Below are positions 19,606-28,259 of a DNA stretch of 64,000 bases, one piece after another (positions within the stretch are counted from its first letter, which is position 1; each line of letters opens with the position of its first letter). Source of the DNA: an uncultured Acidobacteriota bacterium (GTDB lineage Bacteria; Acidobacteriota; Thermoanaerobaculia; UBA5066); the NCBI GenBank assembly GCA_903845115.1, contig CAIMWE010000025.1, positions 26,751 to 90,750 of the forward strand, in the 5' to 3' direction. A program made the position numbers and the translations under genes. The notes below the pieces were generated by a model. It did no database searches, had not been told where the DNA came from, and saw only the letters and a program-made list of their open reading frames with translations.

Positions 19606-19920
19606 CTAAGACTTGCACCCGCCGATCTGATAGGTCGGGGCGACCACGAGACACCCGGGGGTCGCCGAGTTTCCGTCACACACGGGGCGGGTTCCGCAGC
19701 ACGCGGTCGGGCTGTTGGACGGGGCAGGGGAACACGGGTTCATGGCTGCCGCGGAGACCCGGGCCCTCTGCATTCCGCCGTTCACCGCGCCGAGCTGGTC
19801 GTCCCCGAGTTCCCCGGGCTCGCCGGGGCCGCGGCCGAGGTCCTTGACGGTCTCCTTCTTCAGCGTGAGCTTCTTCACGCTCTTCTCTGCCCCCGTCCCT
19901 TTTTCGTTCGAGTTCGTCAT
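19606..19920 (-). CDS. lanA: Lanthipeptide precursor 2 (LanA): 49-aa leader plus 55-aa Cys/Ser/Thr-rich core
   Basis: Leader MTNSNEKGTGAEKSVKKLTLKKETVKDLGRGPGEPGELGDDQLGAVNGG contains LTLKKETVKDL (LxLxKx5L) and a VNGG double-glycine end. The core MQRARVSAAAMNPCSPAPSNSPTACCGTRPVCDGNSATPGCLVVAPTYQIGGCKS has 6 Cys and many Ser/Thr. Confidence 0.75.
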   Translation of the reverse strand: MTNSNEKGTGAEKSVKKLTLKKETVKDLGRGPGEPGELGDDQLGAVNGGMQRARVSAAAMNPCSPAPSNSPTACCGTRPVCDGNSATPGCLVVAPTYQIGGCKS

Positions 19921-20176
19921 CTCCGTTCCCTTTTCTCTCCGCCGGCTCCCGCCCGATCAGCAGGTTCCGCCCCGGGTTCGTTTTCGGAAGGACCAAGAGC
20001 GTGCCGTTTCCCTCACCCTGCGCGAAGCGTCACGGCACGCCGTTCCCCGGCTGGAGGAGCGACCGCCGCCGCGTGCGGCCGACGGCAGGAACCGGAAAGC
20101 GCGGCTCGCGAATCGGGCGAGGGGCTCCCCACAGCCGCGCCCGTCGTGATCAAGGCGTCGCCGCGGGGCGGCCCTC

Positions 20177-20455
20177 CTAGGGCCAGTGGCAAATGCCGCC
20201 CGGGCTCGATTCCGGGATGCACGCGGGACGCGTACCGGGAAGCACGGGCGGCTTTCCGACACAGGCGTTCGACGGGCCCTTGGGAATGAGGTTCGGGTTC
20301 TGCATCTGCCCGCCGTTCACCGCCTCGAGCTGGTCGTCGCCAAGTTCCTTCCCGTTCCCGCGTCCCGAGTCGAGGTCCTTGACGGTCTCCTTCTTCAGCG
20401 AGAGCTTCTTGACGCCTCCCGGCGGCATCTTCCCTTCTTCGTCGGATCTCGTCAT
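20177..20455 (-). CDS. lanA: Lanthipeptide precursor 3 (LanA): 49-aa leader plus 43-aa core
   Basis: Start at ATG 20455 (MTRSDEEGKMPPGGVKKLSLKKETVKDLDSGRGNGKELGDDQLEAVNGG). The core QMQNPNLIPKGPSNACVGKPPVLPGTRPACIPESSPGGICHWP has 3 Cys. The upstream 39 codons of the track ORF are read-through into the intergenic/promoter region. Confidence 0.75.
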   Translation of the reverse strand: MTRSDEEGKMPPGGVKKLSLKKETVKDLDSGRGNGKELGDDQLEAVNGGQMQNPNLIPKGPSNACVGKPPVLPGTRPACIPESSPGGICHWP

Positions 20456-20539
20456 TTCAAGAGTCCTTTCCCCGGGGCGTTGTGCCCGAATTGTCCGTCT
20501 TGATTGCCGACTCGTCCGTGGGCCACCGCGATCGGTACC

Positions 20540-20554
20540 GCAATCGAGATGCCA
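20540..20554 (-). promoter_or_regulatory. Sigma54 (-24/-12) promoter, TGGCAT-N5-TTGC, upstream of precursor 3
   Basis: The reverse complement of 20540-20554 is TGGCATCTCGATTGC (consensus TGGCAC-N5-TTGCW; GG and GC correctly spaced). It lies in the LanC-precursor 3 intergenic region, about 85 nt upstream of the ATG. Confidence 0.5.
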
Positions 20555-20593
20555 GGGAAGGCCGTGGGCCATCCGGAGCCCCCCCGGGGGGCG

Positions 20594-21907
20594 TCACGCG
20601 GCACCGCCGCCGGAGAGGAGGAGCATCCTGTCCCATCCCGGCTCCACCGGGGTGGCCGCGGCGAGGAACGCGAGGGCGATGCCGGCGCTGCCCGTGAGGA
20701 GCCCGGGGAGACCCTTCCAGCGGATCGTTCCGTCGTCGTCCGGCCACCGGCACGTGTAGCCCGCCAGGCCGCTTCCGGGCTGCCGCATCTCTAGGGCCTT
20801 CTCGAGCCAGAAGATCCCGGCGCTCCGCAGCTCCTCGTGGCCCGTGAACTGCCAGAGGCGATTGAAGACGTGGCCCAGGCCCGCGGCTCCGTGGCACAGG
20901 CCGGCGTCGAGGACCCCGGTCTCCTCCGACCGTCGCCGAGCCGCCCGAAGGGCGATCCCCACGGCCTGCCTCTCCCACTCCGATTCGTCCGCGCTCTTCG
21001 CCGCCACGGTCAGCGCCGCCGCCACTCCGGGATCGCCGTAGCACCAGGCCGAGCGGCAGTCGCCCGGCTCGACGCCGGGGACGAGCCAGTACGGGAAGCG
21101 GGATCCCTCGCCGGACCGCCCCTGCCCCAGGAGCCACGCCACAGCGCCGTCGAGGAGTCCCCGTGCCTTCTCCCGCGAGATGTCGGCCGCCGTGATCCGT
21201 CCAAGGAGAGCGATGACGCCCGGGACTCCGTGGGCGAGGCCGAGGTTGTAGTGACCGCCCGGAGACGATTCCACGTGCGAGGGAGGCAAGAGGCTCGGAG
21301 GGGTGTGCCAGGTGAGCTCCGGGCCCTTCCGTTCCGCCCTTTCCGAGAGCCTGTCCACGATCCGCTCGAGACACCTGACCGCGGCCGGGCGGGGGAGTCG
21401 TTCGAGCGCGTAGACGCCGAAGCCGACGAGGCCGCTGACGAGGTCGTAGTCGCCCGTCCAGGGCGAGTCATCGACGACGGAGAGAAGCTCGTCGTCTATT
21501 TCGGCGGCCGGGTCGTCCGGGCCGTCCACGGGGGTCGTGACGTGCGACACGGCCCACGCCAGTCCGCTGTAGCCGCTGTAGAAGGAAGGACCCATCACGA
21601 CCGAAGCAGCCGCGTCGGCCGACTCGTTGAGGAGCTCCGAGGCCTTCTCGAGGCCGCCCGGATCGACGCCGCACTCCGCCAGGTACGCGAACAGAACTGC
21701 GAGACCGGCCGTTCCCCCGGCAAGGGACGCCGGTCGCGTTCCCCCTCCCCCTTCCGCGGGACCTTCGATCGGGTCCCAGTCTGCCAGCGGGCCGGCGAGC
21801 GTCTCGCCGATGGACCGTGCGGTGTCGAGGGCTCGGTCAGCCAGAGCTCCGTCGAGGACGGGCCTCCACGGCCTCCCTCGATTCAGGGTAACGGGAAGGT
21901 CGGGCAT
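20594..21907 (-). CDS. lanC: Lanthionine cyclase LanC
   Basis: All three LanC zinc-ligand motifs are present: GLAHGVPG (GxAHG), WCYGDPG (WCxG) and GLCHGAAG (CHG). The start is ambiguous (ATG 21907 MPDLPVTLNRG chosen; ATG 21952 and GTG 21982 are alternatives). The 3' end of precursor 4 overlaps. Confidence 0.8.
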   Translation of the reverse strand: MPDLPVTLNRGRPWRPVLDGALADRALDTARSIGETLAGPLADWDPIEGPAEGGGGTRPASLAGGTAGLAVLFAYLAECGVDPGGLEKASELLNESADAAASVVMGPSFYSGYSGLAWAVSHVTTPVDGPDDPAAEIDDELLSVVDDSPWTGDYDLVSGLVGFGVYALERLPRPAAVRCLERIVDRLSERAERKGPELTWHTPPSLLPPSHVESSPGGHYNLGLAHGVPGVIALLGRITAADISREKARGLLDGAVAWLLGQGRSGEGSRFPYWLVPGVEPGDCRSAWCYGDPGVAAALTVAAKSADESEWERQAVGIALRAARRRSEETGVLDAGLCHGAAGLGHVFNRLWQFTGHEELRSAGIFWLEKALEMRQPGSGLAGYTCRWPDDDGTIRWKGLPGLLTGSAGIALAFLAAATPVEPGWDRMLLLSGGGAA

Positions 21908-22152
21908 TGCACGGTGAACACCTGAGCGGTCGTCTTCGAGAGGGTCGGGCATCGCTCCGGCCCGGGAAGCACCGCTGGACACACCTGGGTCACCAGGGGC
22001 CTGCGGCCACCTGGTCCGACGATTCCTCCGCCATTTACTCGGTCGAGCTCGCCGTCTCCGAGCTCCCCGGGCTTCTTCCGCCCCGCGTCGAGGTCCTTGA
22101 CCGTCTCCCTCTTCAAGGAGAGTTTCTTAGGACCAGCGGCCTTCTTCGTCAC
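21883..22152 (-). CDS. lanA: Lanthipeptide precursor 4 (LanA): 42-aa leader plus 47-aa core
   Basis: GAGGAGG RBS sits 5 nt before GTG 22152, giving MTKKAAGPKKLSLKRETVKDLDAGRKKPGELGDGELDRVNGG. The core GIVGPGGRRPLVTQVCPAVLPGPERCPTLSKTTAQVFTVQCPTFPLP has 3 Cys. The track ORF start 22206 has GGAG abutting the ATG with zero spacing, so it is less likely. Confidence 0.65.
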   Translation of the reverse strand: MTKKAAGPKKLSLKRETVKDLDAGRKKPGELGDGELDRVNGGGIVGPGGRRPLVTQVCPAVLPGPERCPTLSKTTAQVFTVQCPTFPLP

Positions 22153-22225
22153 GTCAACCTCCTCGGAACCCGGATCCCCGCAGGGGGGCACGTCGTCGCT
22201 CGTCATCTCCCCCGGGCTCGTTCTC

Positions 22226-22240
22226 GCAACTCCCGGACCA
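22226..22240 (-). promoter_or_regulatory. Candidate sigma54 (-24/-12) promoter, TGGTCC-N5-TTGC, upstream of precursor 4/lanC
   Basis: The reverse complement of 22226-22240 is TGGTCCGGGAGTTGC, with GG-N10-GC spacing correct. It lies between the enhancer-binding-protein gene and precursor 4. Confidence 0.4.
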
Positions 22241-22318
22241 CGCCCCCCGGCCCCGCCGGGAACGCCGTCGGGGCTTTGCCCGTCCCGATTCGAGTCGGCC
22301 CGCCCCGTTTCGAGCGCC

Positions 22319-23296
22319 CTATTTCAGGGCAGCCAGCTTCCTTTCGAGGGTGGAGCGGGAAACTCCGAGGGCCTGCGCCGCCCGGGTCTTGTTCCCTCCG
22401 AGCGCGGCCAGGGCCTGGCGCACGTGGGCCTGCTCGAGCGAACGGAGCGACTGGACCGGGCCCGGACGGGGCGCGGGAGGAGAGGAGGGACCGGCCGATT
22501 CGTCCGCCGCGCCCGGTAGGAGGATCGCCCGCTCGTCGATCACCTCGCCTTCCGTCAACGCCACCGCGGCATGGATGACCTGGTCCAGCTCCCGGAGGTT
22601 TCCCGGCCAGGCGTAGGTGACCAGCGCCTGGACCGCGCCCTCCGTGAGCCCGACGATCACGCGGCCCTGCGAGCGGGCTGCGCTCTGGACGGCGGCGGCG
22701 GCGAGGACCCGCAGGTCGGTCGGCCGTTCGCGGAGCGGGGGAAGGGTGACGGTCAGCCCGGCGATCCGGTAGAAGAGGTCGGTCCGGAACTGGGCGGAGT
22801 TCACGAACTTCGCGAGGGGGTAATGCGTGGCCGAGATGAGCCTCACGTCGGCGTCCCGGAGCACCTCGGAGCCCAGCCTCTCGAACTCGCCGCACTCCAC
22901 CGCGCGGAGGATCTTGGCCTGCGCGAGCGCGCTCATGTCCGCGATCTCGTCGATGAACAGGGTCCCGCCGTCGGCCTGCTCGAATTTTCCCCTGACCTGC
23001 TTCTGGGCTCCCGTGAAGGCCCCTTTCTCGTGGCCGAAGAGCTGGCTGTCGAGGAGCGTGTCGGAGAGCGCGGCCGCGTTGAACGAGACGAACGGGCCGG
23101 AGGCCCTCCGGGAGGAGTTGTGGATGGCCCGGGCCAGGAAGGTCTTTCCGGTCCCGGACTCCCCGAGGATCAGGATGGGAAGGTCCGTCCGACAGGCGGA
23201 ACGGGCCATGGCGAGGCAACGCGCCATCGCCGAATCGGACGTCTCGAAGCGGTCGAGCGTCAAATGGCCGGAACCGAGGTGGTTGGCTCTCGTCAC
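22319..23296 (-). CDS. Sigma54-dependent transcriptional activator, AAA+ plus Fis-type HTH, no N-terminal sensor/receiver domain (PspF-like)
   Basis: Walker A GESGTGKT, GAFTGA motif (FGHEKGAFTGAQ), arginine finger region, and C-terminal HTH RAAQALGVSRSTLERKL. Only about 35 aa precede the AAA+ core. Confidence 0.8.
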   Translation of the reverse strand: MTRANHLGSGHLTLDRFETSDSAMARCLAMARSACRTDLPILILGESGTGKTFLARAIHNSSRRASGPFVSFNAAALSDTLLDSQLFGHEKGAFTGAQKQVRGKFEQADGGTLFIDEIADMSALAQAKILRAVECGEFERLGSEVLRDADVRLISATHYPLAKFVNSAQFRTDLFYRIAGLTVTLPPLRERPTDLRVLAAAAVQSAARSQGRVIVGLTEGAVQALVTYAWPGNLRELDQVIHAAVALTEGEVIDERAILLPGAADESAGPSSPPAPRPGPVQSLRSLEQAHVRQALAALGGNKTRAAQALGVSRSTLERKLAALK

Positions 23297-23402
23297 CGGC
23301 GGGACACCTCCGGGACGGGACGGCCCTGCGGGGCGGGTTCTCGCGGCTCCACCGGACTCTTGCTGCGTTCGACCCGGCAGGTCCTCCCGCGCTGCCGCAT
23401 CG

Positions 23403-24386
23403 TCACGCCGTTCCGAGGTCCTTCACCAGAGAGAGGTCCCGCCGGCCCAGACCCCTCTTCTCCGCCTCCGTGATCCACCCGAGCGACGACGGCTCGAGCC
23501 CCATCTGCGTGACGCCCCACGCCTCGCAGAGGACCGGGTCGATCCCCGCGAGGACGGCGTTCACCGCCTTCACGTCGGAGAGGCTCCCCCCCTGTGGGCC
23601 GTTGGCGAGGAGGACGCGCGTCGCGTCGACGACGGTCAGCGTCGGCCGGAAGGTGGCTCCGAGCTCCGCGACCGCCCTGTCGATCCCCTGGTGAAGCCGG
23701 TTCCGGCCGCGGCCGAGGACCCCCATCCAGTTCTTCATCCCGACCGTCGCCCGGGAGAGGCCGTGGTGCTTGACCACGGGGACGTTGATCACCCGCTGGC
23801 ACGAGAAGAGGAGGTCGATCACCTCGAGTCCCGCCGAGGAGCCGGAGAGGGAGGCCTGAACCAGCTTCAGCGACTTCCCGTCCAGGACCTCGGCCCCCGC
23901 CGCCTGCGCCGCCTCGCGCAGGCCGGAGCGGGTCAGCGACCGGACCGGGTCGTTGACGGAGAGATCGGCCACCACGACCCGCCTGGCGCCCGCCGCCCGG
24001 CAGAGACGGACCAGCTCCGCGACCACGTTCGGGTCGGTGTTGGCCGCCTGCTCCGGGAGCCGGTCCCAGCCGGCATTCGGCTTGATCAGGACGCTCTCCC
24101 CTCTCTTCACGAAGGCTTCCATTCCGCCGAGCGCCGCCACGGCCCGTCTCACGTTGGCCGCCGGGTCGGCCCCCCGCGCCGCGGCCCCCTTCGGAGCCGC
24201 GTCGGACCGGGGAACCCGCCAGTCGGGGATCTCCGGGGCGGCCGCCTCGAGCCGCCGCCGGTCGTGGAAGAAGAGGGCGCCTCCGCCGATCGCCGCCGCG
24301 GCGATGCCGGTCGAGGCGAGGCGGGAGGCGATCTCGCGGCGGGTCGGCTTCTCTTCGTAAGGGTCCAGCGAGGGGAGGTCGGTCAT
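23403..24386 (-). CDS. Tat-secreted DUF362 domain protein
   Basis: AGGAGA RBS precedes ATG 24386. Twin-arginine signal TRREIASRLASTGIAAAAIGG, then a DUF362 core (VLIKPNAGW..., VVKHHGLSRATVGMKNWMGVLG). The 208 upstream codons of track ORF 23403..25010 are alternate-frame. Confidence 0.55.
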   Translation of the reverse strand: MTDLPSLDPYEEKPTRREIASRLASTGIAAAAIGGGALFFHDRRRLEAAAPEIPDWRVPRSDAAPKGAAARGADPAANVRRAVAALGGMEAFVKRGESVLIKPNAGWDRLPEQAANTDPNVVAELVRLCRAAGARRVVVADLSVNDPVRSLTRSGLREAAQAAGAEVLDGKSLKLVQASLSGSSAGLEVIDLLFSCQRVINVPVVKHHGLSRATVGMKNWMGVLGRGRNRLHQGIDRAVAELGATFRPTLTVVDATRVLLANGPQGGSLSDVKAVNAVLAGIDPVLCEAWGVTQMGLEPSSLGWITEAEKRGLGRRDLSLVKDLGTA

Positions 24387-24946
24387 GGCGTCTTCTCCTG
24401 GAATGTGGCGCGCGCCAGGGCCTCGAGGCGGGTGGCCGCTTCGGGCCCGGGAGCGAGCGAGGTGAGCTTCAGGTAGTCGCGACCACGGACCGCGAGCAGG
24501 ACGTTGCCGTCCGATACGGCGTCGGCCGGCCCGGCGACCCGCACGGCGGCCGACGGCCGCTCTGCGTCCCGCTGCGCTCTCGCCCCGATCTCCGTCTCGA
24601 ACCGGTGGAGCTCGGCGGAGATCTCGGGGCTCTGTCCGGGACCGCCCGAGCCCGGGTAGGTGTAGACCGCGATCAGCGCGGAGACGAAGCCCCGCGCGAG
24701 GTAGCCGTCCGCGGCGCCGTCGATCGCCTCGTAGAGCGACTCGCGGTCGTAGCGCGCCGGGTCCGACCGGGAGGCGCTCCCCGCGGCCACCGCGCCGGGG
24801 AGGAGAGGGCCACGGCTCGCCCGGAGAGCCGCCAGGACGGCGCCCCGGTCGGGAGTGGCTCGCTTCCCTTGCTGCCAGACCCAGCCGCCGAGAGCCAGGA
24901 GCGGCAACAACAGGAGGAAATGCAGGGCCCGGGGCCTTTCTCGCAC
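24383..24946 (-). CDS. Hypothetical exported protein
   Basis: N-terminal hydrophobic helix MRERPRALHFLLLLPLLALGGWVW. A 4-nt overlap (ATGA) with the downstream DUF362 gene suggests translational coupling. Confidence 0.4.
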   Translation of the reverse strand: MRERPRALHFLLLLPLLALGGWVWQQGKRATPDRGAVLAALRASRGPLLPGAVAAGSASRSDPARYDRESLYEAIDGAADGYLARGFVSALIAVYTYPGSGGPGQSPEISAELHRFETEIGARAQRDAERPSAAVRVAGPADAVSDGNVLLAVRGRDYLKLTSLAPGPEAATRLEALARATFQEKTP

Positions 24947-25183
24947 CCCCTGAGCTTACGCCCGAGAGCCTGATCAGGGCCTCGTCCCGAGCGCTCCAGA
25001 CACCGGCCACGACCGAGACCTCTTGCGTTAACGCGGCCCCTTCCCTCCGGGGTATTGCTCAGAGACAGTGTCGCAATTTGGGCACTAGTCGGTTCGAAAT
25101 CTCATCTTGGGTACATTTTCGCGTTGGACCCGGCCGGCTCGGGTGCTACCCTTTCCCAAAACGATCCATCCAGGAGGTGTGAG

Positions 25184-28100
25184 ATGACGCTTTCCCGGCG
25201 AGGTTTCCTCAAGGCAGGGACGGTCGGCGGAACGATCGCCCTCGGCTTCGACTTCTCCGAGGCCCGGGCCGAGTTGCGGGACCTGAAGATCTCGCGAACG
25301 ACCGAGACCCGCTCCACCTGCCCGTACTGCTCGGTCTCGTGCGGCGTCATCATCCACACGCTGGGAGACAAGGCCAAGAACGTGACCGGGTCGGTCGTCC
25401 ACGTGGAAGGGGACCCGGATCATCCGATCAACCGGGGGACCCTCTGTCCCAAGGGGGCCACGCTCAAGGAGGACATCCGGAACCCGCACCGGTTGATGGT
25501 GCCGCAGGTGCGGCGCCCGGGGTCGAGCAAGTGGGAGGAGATCTCCTGGGACGAGGCTATCGCCGGGATCGCGGGGAAGGTCAAGGAGACGCGCGACAAG
25601 ACGTTCGTCACGAAGAACGGCAAGGGGCAGACGGTCAGCCGGAATCCCGGGATGGCGGTCATCGGCGGCTGCACCGACACGAGCGAGTTCGCCTACCTCC
25701 TCTGGAAGAGCTCGATCGCGCTGGGGGCCGTCTACAGGGACCACCAAGCACGGGTTTGACACGGACCGACGGTGGCCAGTTTGGCCGCCACGTTCGGTCG
25801 GGGGGCGATGACCAACGGGTGGGTCGACATCAAGAATGCCGACGTGGTCTTCGTCATGGGCGGAAACCCCGCCGAGAACCACCCCTGCGGCTTCAAGTGG
25901 GCGATCGAGGCCCGCAAGGCGCGCGGCGCCAAGATCGTCGTCGTCGACCCGCGGTTCACCCGGACCGCCGCCGTGGCCGACGTCTACGCGCCGCTGCGCG
26001 CCGGAACCGACATCGCGTTCCTCCTCGGGATCTGCCGCTACGCGATCGAGAACAAGAAGGTCCACGAGGAGTACGTCAAGCTCCACACCAACGCGTCGGT
26101 CCTGGTCAGCGACAAGTTCGCCTTCGACGAGGGGCTCTTCTCGGGCTACGACGGCGAGAAGCGCGCCTACGACAAGGGGTCGTGGGCGTTCCGGGTCGAC
26201 GACAAGGGGATGCTCGAGACCGACCCGACGCTCCAGAACCCGCGGTCGGTCTTCCAGCTCCTCAAGAAGCACGTCGACCGGTACACGCCGGAGATGGTCG
26301 AGAAGGTCTGCGGCACGCCGAAGGACCAGTTCCTGAAGGTGGCCGAGGCGGTCAGCTCGACCGGGAACGCCCAGAAGGTCGGGACGATCCTCTACGCTCT
26401 CGGCTGGACGCAGCACTCCACCGGCGTCCAGATCATCCGGGCGTCCGGGATCCTGCAGCTCCTCCTCGGGAACGTCGGGCGGCCCGGCGGCGGCGTGAAC
26501 GCGCTCCGCGGCCACTCCAACATCCAGGGCGCCACCGACATGGGGGGCAACTTCGACGTCTACCCCGGCTACCTGAAGGCCCCCCAGGCCACGATGCCGG
26601 CGCTGAAGGACTACCTCGAGGCGAACACGCCCAAGGCTCTGACCACGGCGTCGATGAACTACAGCCAGAACACCCCGAAGTTCATGACGTCGCTCCTGAA
26701 GGCGCTCTACGGAAAGGCGGCGACGAAGGAGAACGACTTCGGCTACGGCTGGCTCCCGAAGGCGGACGGCAACTACTCCTGGCTCTTCATGTTCGACGAC
26801 ATGCTCAAGGGGAAGTCGAAGAGGGCCGACGTCGAGGAGGCCGCGCCGGAAGGGCTCTTCGCCTGGGGGATGAACCCCGTGGCGACGGGACCCAACTCCA
26901 AGAAGATGGTGGCGGCCCTGGCGAAGCTGAAGTGGCTCGTCGTGGTCGAGAACTCCGAGACCGAGACCGCCGGCTTCTGGAAGGCGCCCGCCGAGTACGA
27001 GGGCCCCGAGGCTTCCAAGATCCCCACGGAGGTCTACCTCCTCCCGGCCGCGAGCTTCGCCGAGAAGGACGGGACCTTCACGAACTCCGGCCGGTGGGTC
27101 CAGTGGAAGTGGAAGGCGGTCGACCCGCCGGGGAAGGCCAAGGCCGACCAGGAGATCCTCTCGAGGATCCTGCTGGCGGTGAAGGATCTCTACAAGAAGG
27201 AAGGGGGCGCGTTCCCCGAGCAGGTCCTGAACGTCGCCTGGAGCTACACGAACCCGGTCAGCCCGGACCTCGGGGAGGTGCTCAAGGAGATCAGCGGCAA
27301 GGCGCTGGCCGAGCTCCCCGACCCGAAGGACAAGACGAAGATCCTCAAGAACCCCGGCCAGCAGCTCGACGGGTTCGGCCAGCTGCAGGACGACGGGACC
27401 ACCTCCTGCGGCAACTGGATCTACGGCGGGGCGTTCACCGAGGCCGGGAACCTGACCCAGCGGCGCCTGGCGACCGACCCGATGGGCCTCGGGGCGTTCC
27501 ACCAGTGGGGCTTCTCGTGGCCGGCGAACCGCCGCGTCCTCTACAACCGCGCCTCGGCCGACGCCGACGGCAAGCCGTGGGATCCGACCCGCTCCGGGAT
27601 CTCCTGGAACGGCGAGAAGTGGGTCGGCGACGTCCCGGACATCAAGCCCGACTCGCCCCCCGGCACCTTCGGCGCCTTCATCATGAACCCCGAGGGACTC
27701 GGCCGGCTCTACGCGCCGAGCCTCGCCGACGGACCCTTCCCCGAGCACTACGAGGCGACGGAAGCCGCCACCGACAACGTCCTCCACCCGAAGGTGACGT
27801 CGAGCCCGGTCGTGAGGGTCTGGAAGAGCGACAAGGACGCCCTCGGCAAGAAGGAGGACTTCCCGATCGTCTGCTCGACCTACCGGCTCACCGAGCACTT
27901 CCACTTCTGGACGCAGCACAACCCGCGCCTGAACCAGGTCCAGCCCGGCTTCTTCTTCGAGATCCCGGAAGGTCTCGCGAAGGAGAAGGGGATCGCCAAC
28001 GGCCAGCAGATCAAGGTCTCCTCCGCCCGCGGGTCGATCACCGCTCTCGCCATGGTGACGAAGCGATTCCGCCCGCTGAAGGCGAACGGGAAGGAGATCT

Positions 28101-28249
28101 GGCAGATCGGCCTGCCGATCCACTGGGGCTACGCGGGGAACCCCGACCACACCGGCCCCCTGGCCAACTTCCTCACCCCGACGACCGGCGACCCGAACAC
28201 CCTGACCCCGGAGTTCAAGACCTTCCTCGTGAAGGTCGAGAAGGCGTGA
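25184..28249 (+). CDS. fdnG: Formate dehydrogenase-N alpha subunit, selenocysteine-containing (in-frame TGA at 25757-25759)
   Basis: AGGAGG RBS precedes ATG 25184. Tat signal MTLSRRGFLKAG and the 4Fe-4S motif CPYCSVSCG. The context ...HQARV-TGA-HGPTVASL matches the FdnG/FdoG Sec site (RVUHGPTV). Track ORFs 25055..25759 and 25772..28249 are two halves in one frame joined by the TGA. Molybdopterin oxidoreductase domains run through to ...FKTFLVKVEKA. Confidence 0.9.
25771..25789 (+). promoter_or_regulatory. SECIS-like hairpin immediately 3' of the fdnG UGA
   Basis: ggtggcca-gtt-tggccgcc forms an 8-bp stem (one G-U pair), starting 12 nt after the UGA. The position is appropriate for a bacterial SelB-binding element. 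Confidence 0.5.
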
Positions 28250-28259
28250 GGGGAGAGCG

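Noticed and set aside
19981-20020. CGGCAC-GCTCT-TGG on the minus strand upstream of precursor 2 as a third sigma54 promoter
   Set aside because: The -12 element is TGG rather than TTGC. Precursors 2 and 3 are more simply explained as co-transcribed from the strong promoter at 20540-20554.
22204-22206. ATG 22206 as the start of precursor 4 (as in the track)
   Set aside because: GGAG abuts the ATG with zero spacing. GTG 22152, with a GAGGAGG RBS at -5, gives a leader length (42 aa) consistent with the paralogs.
25075-25100. TTGGGCAC-TAGTC-GGTT upstream of fdnG considered as a sigma54 promoter
   Set aside because: The GG and GC dinucleotides cannot be placed at the -24/-12 spacing (GG-N10-GC) in any register.
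25055-25759. Apparent split of formate dehydrogenase into two ORFs (possible pseudogene)
   Set aside because: The break is a single in-frame TGA in the conserved Sec context RV-U-HGPTV with a downstream hairpin. It is selenocysteine recoding, not a disruption.
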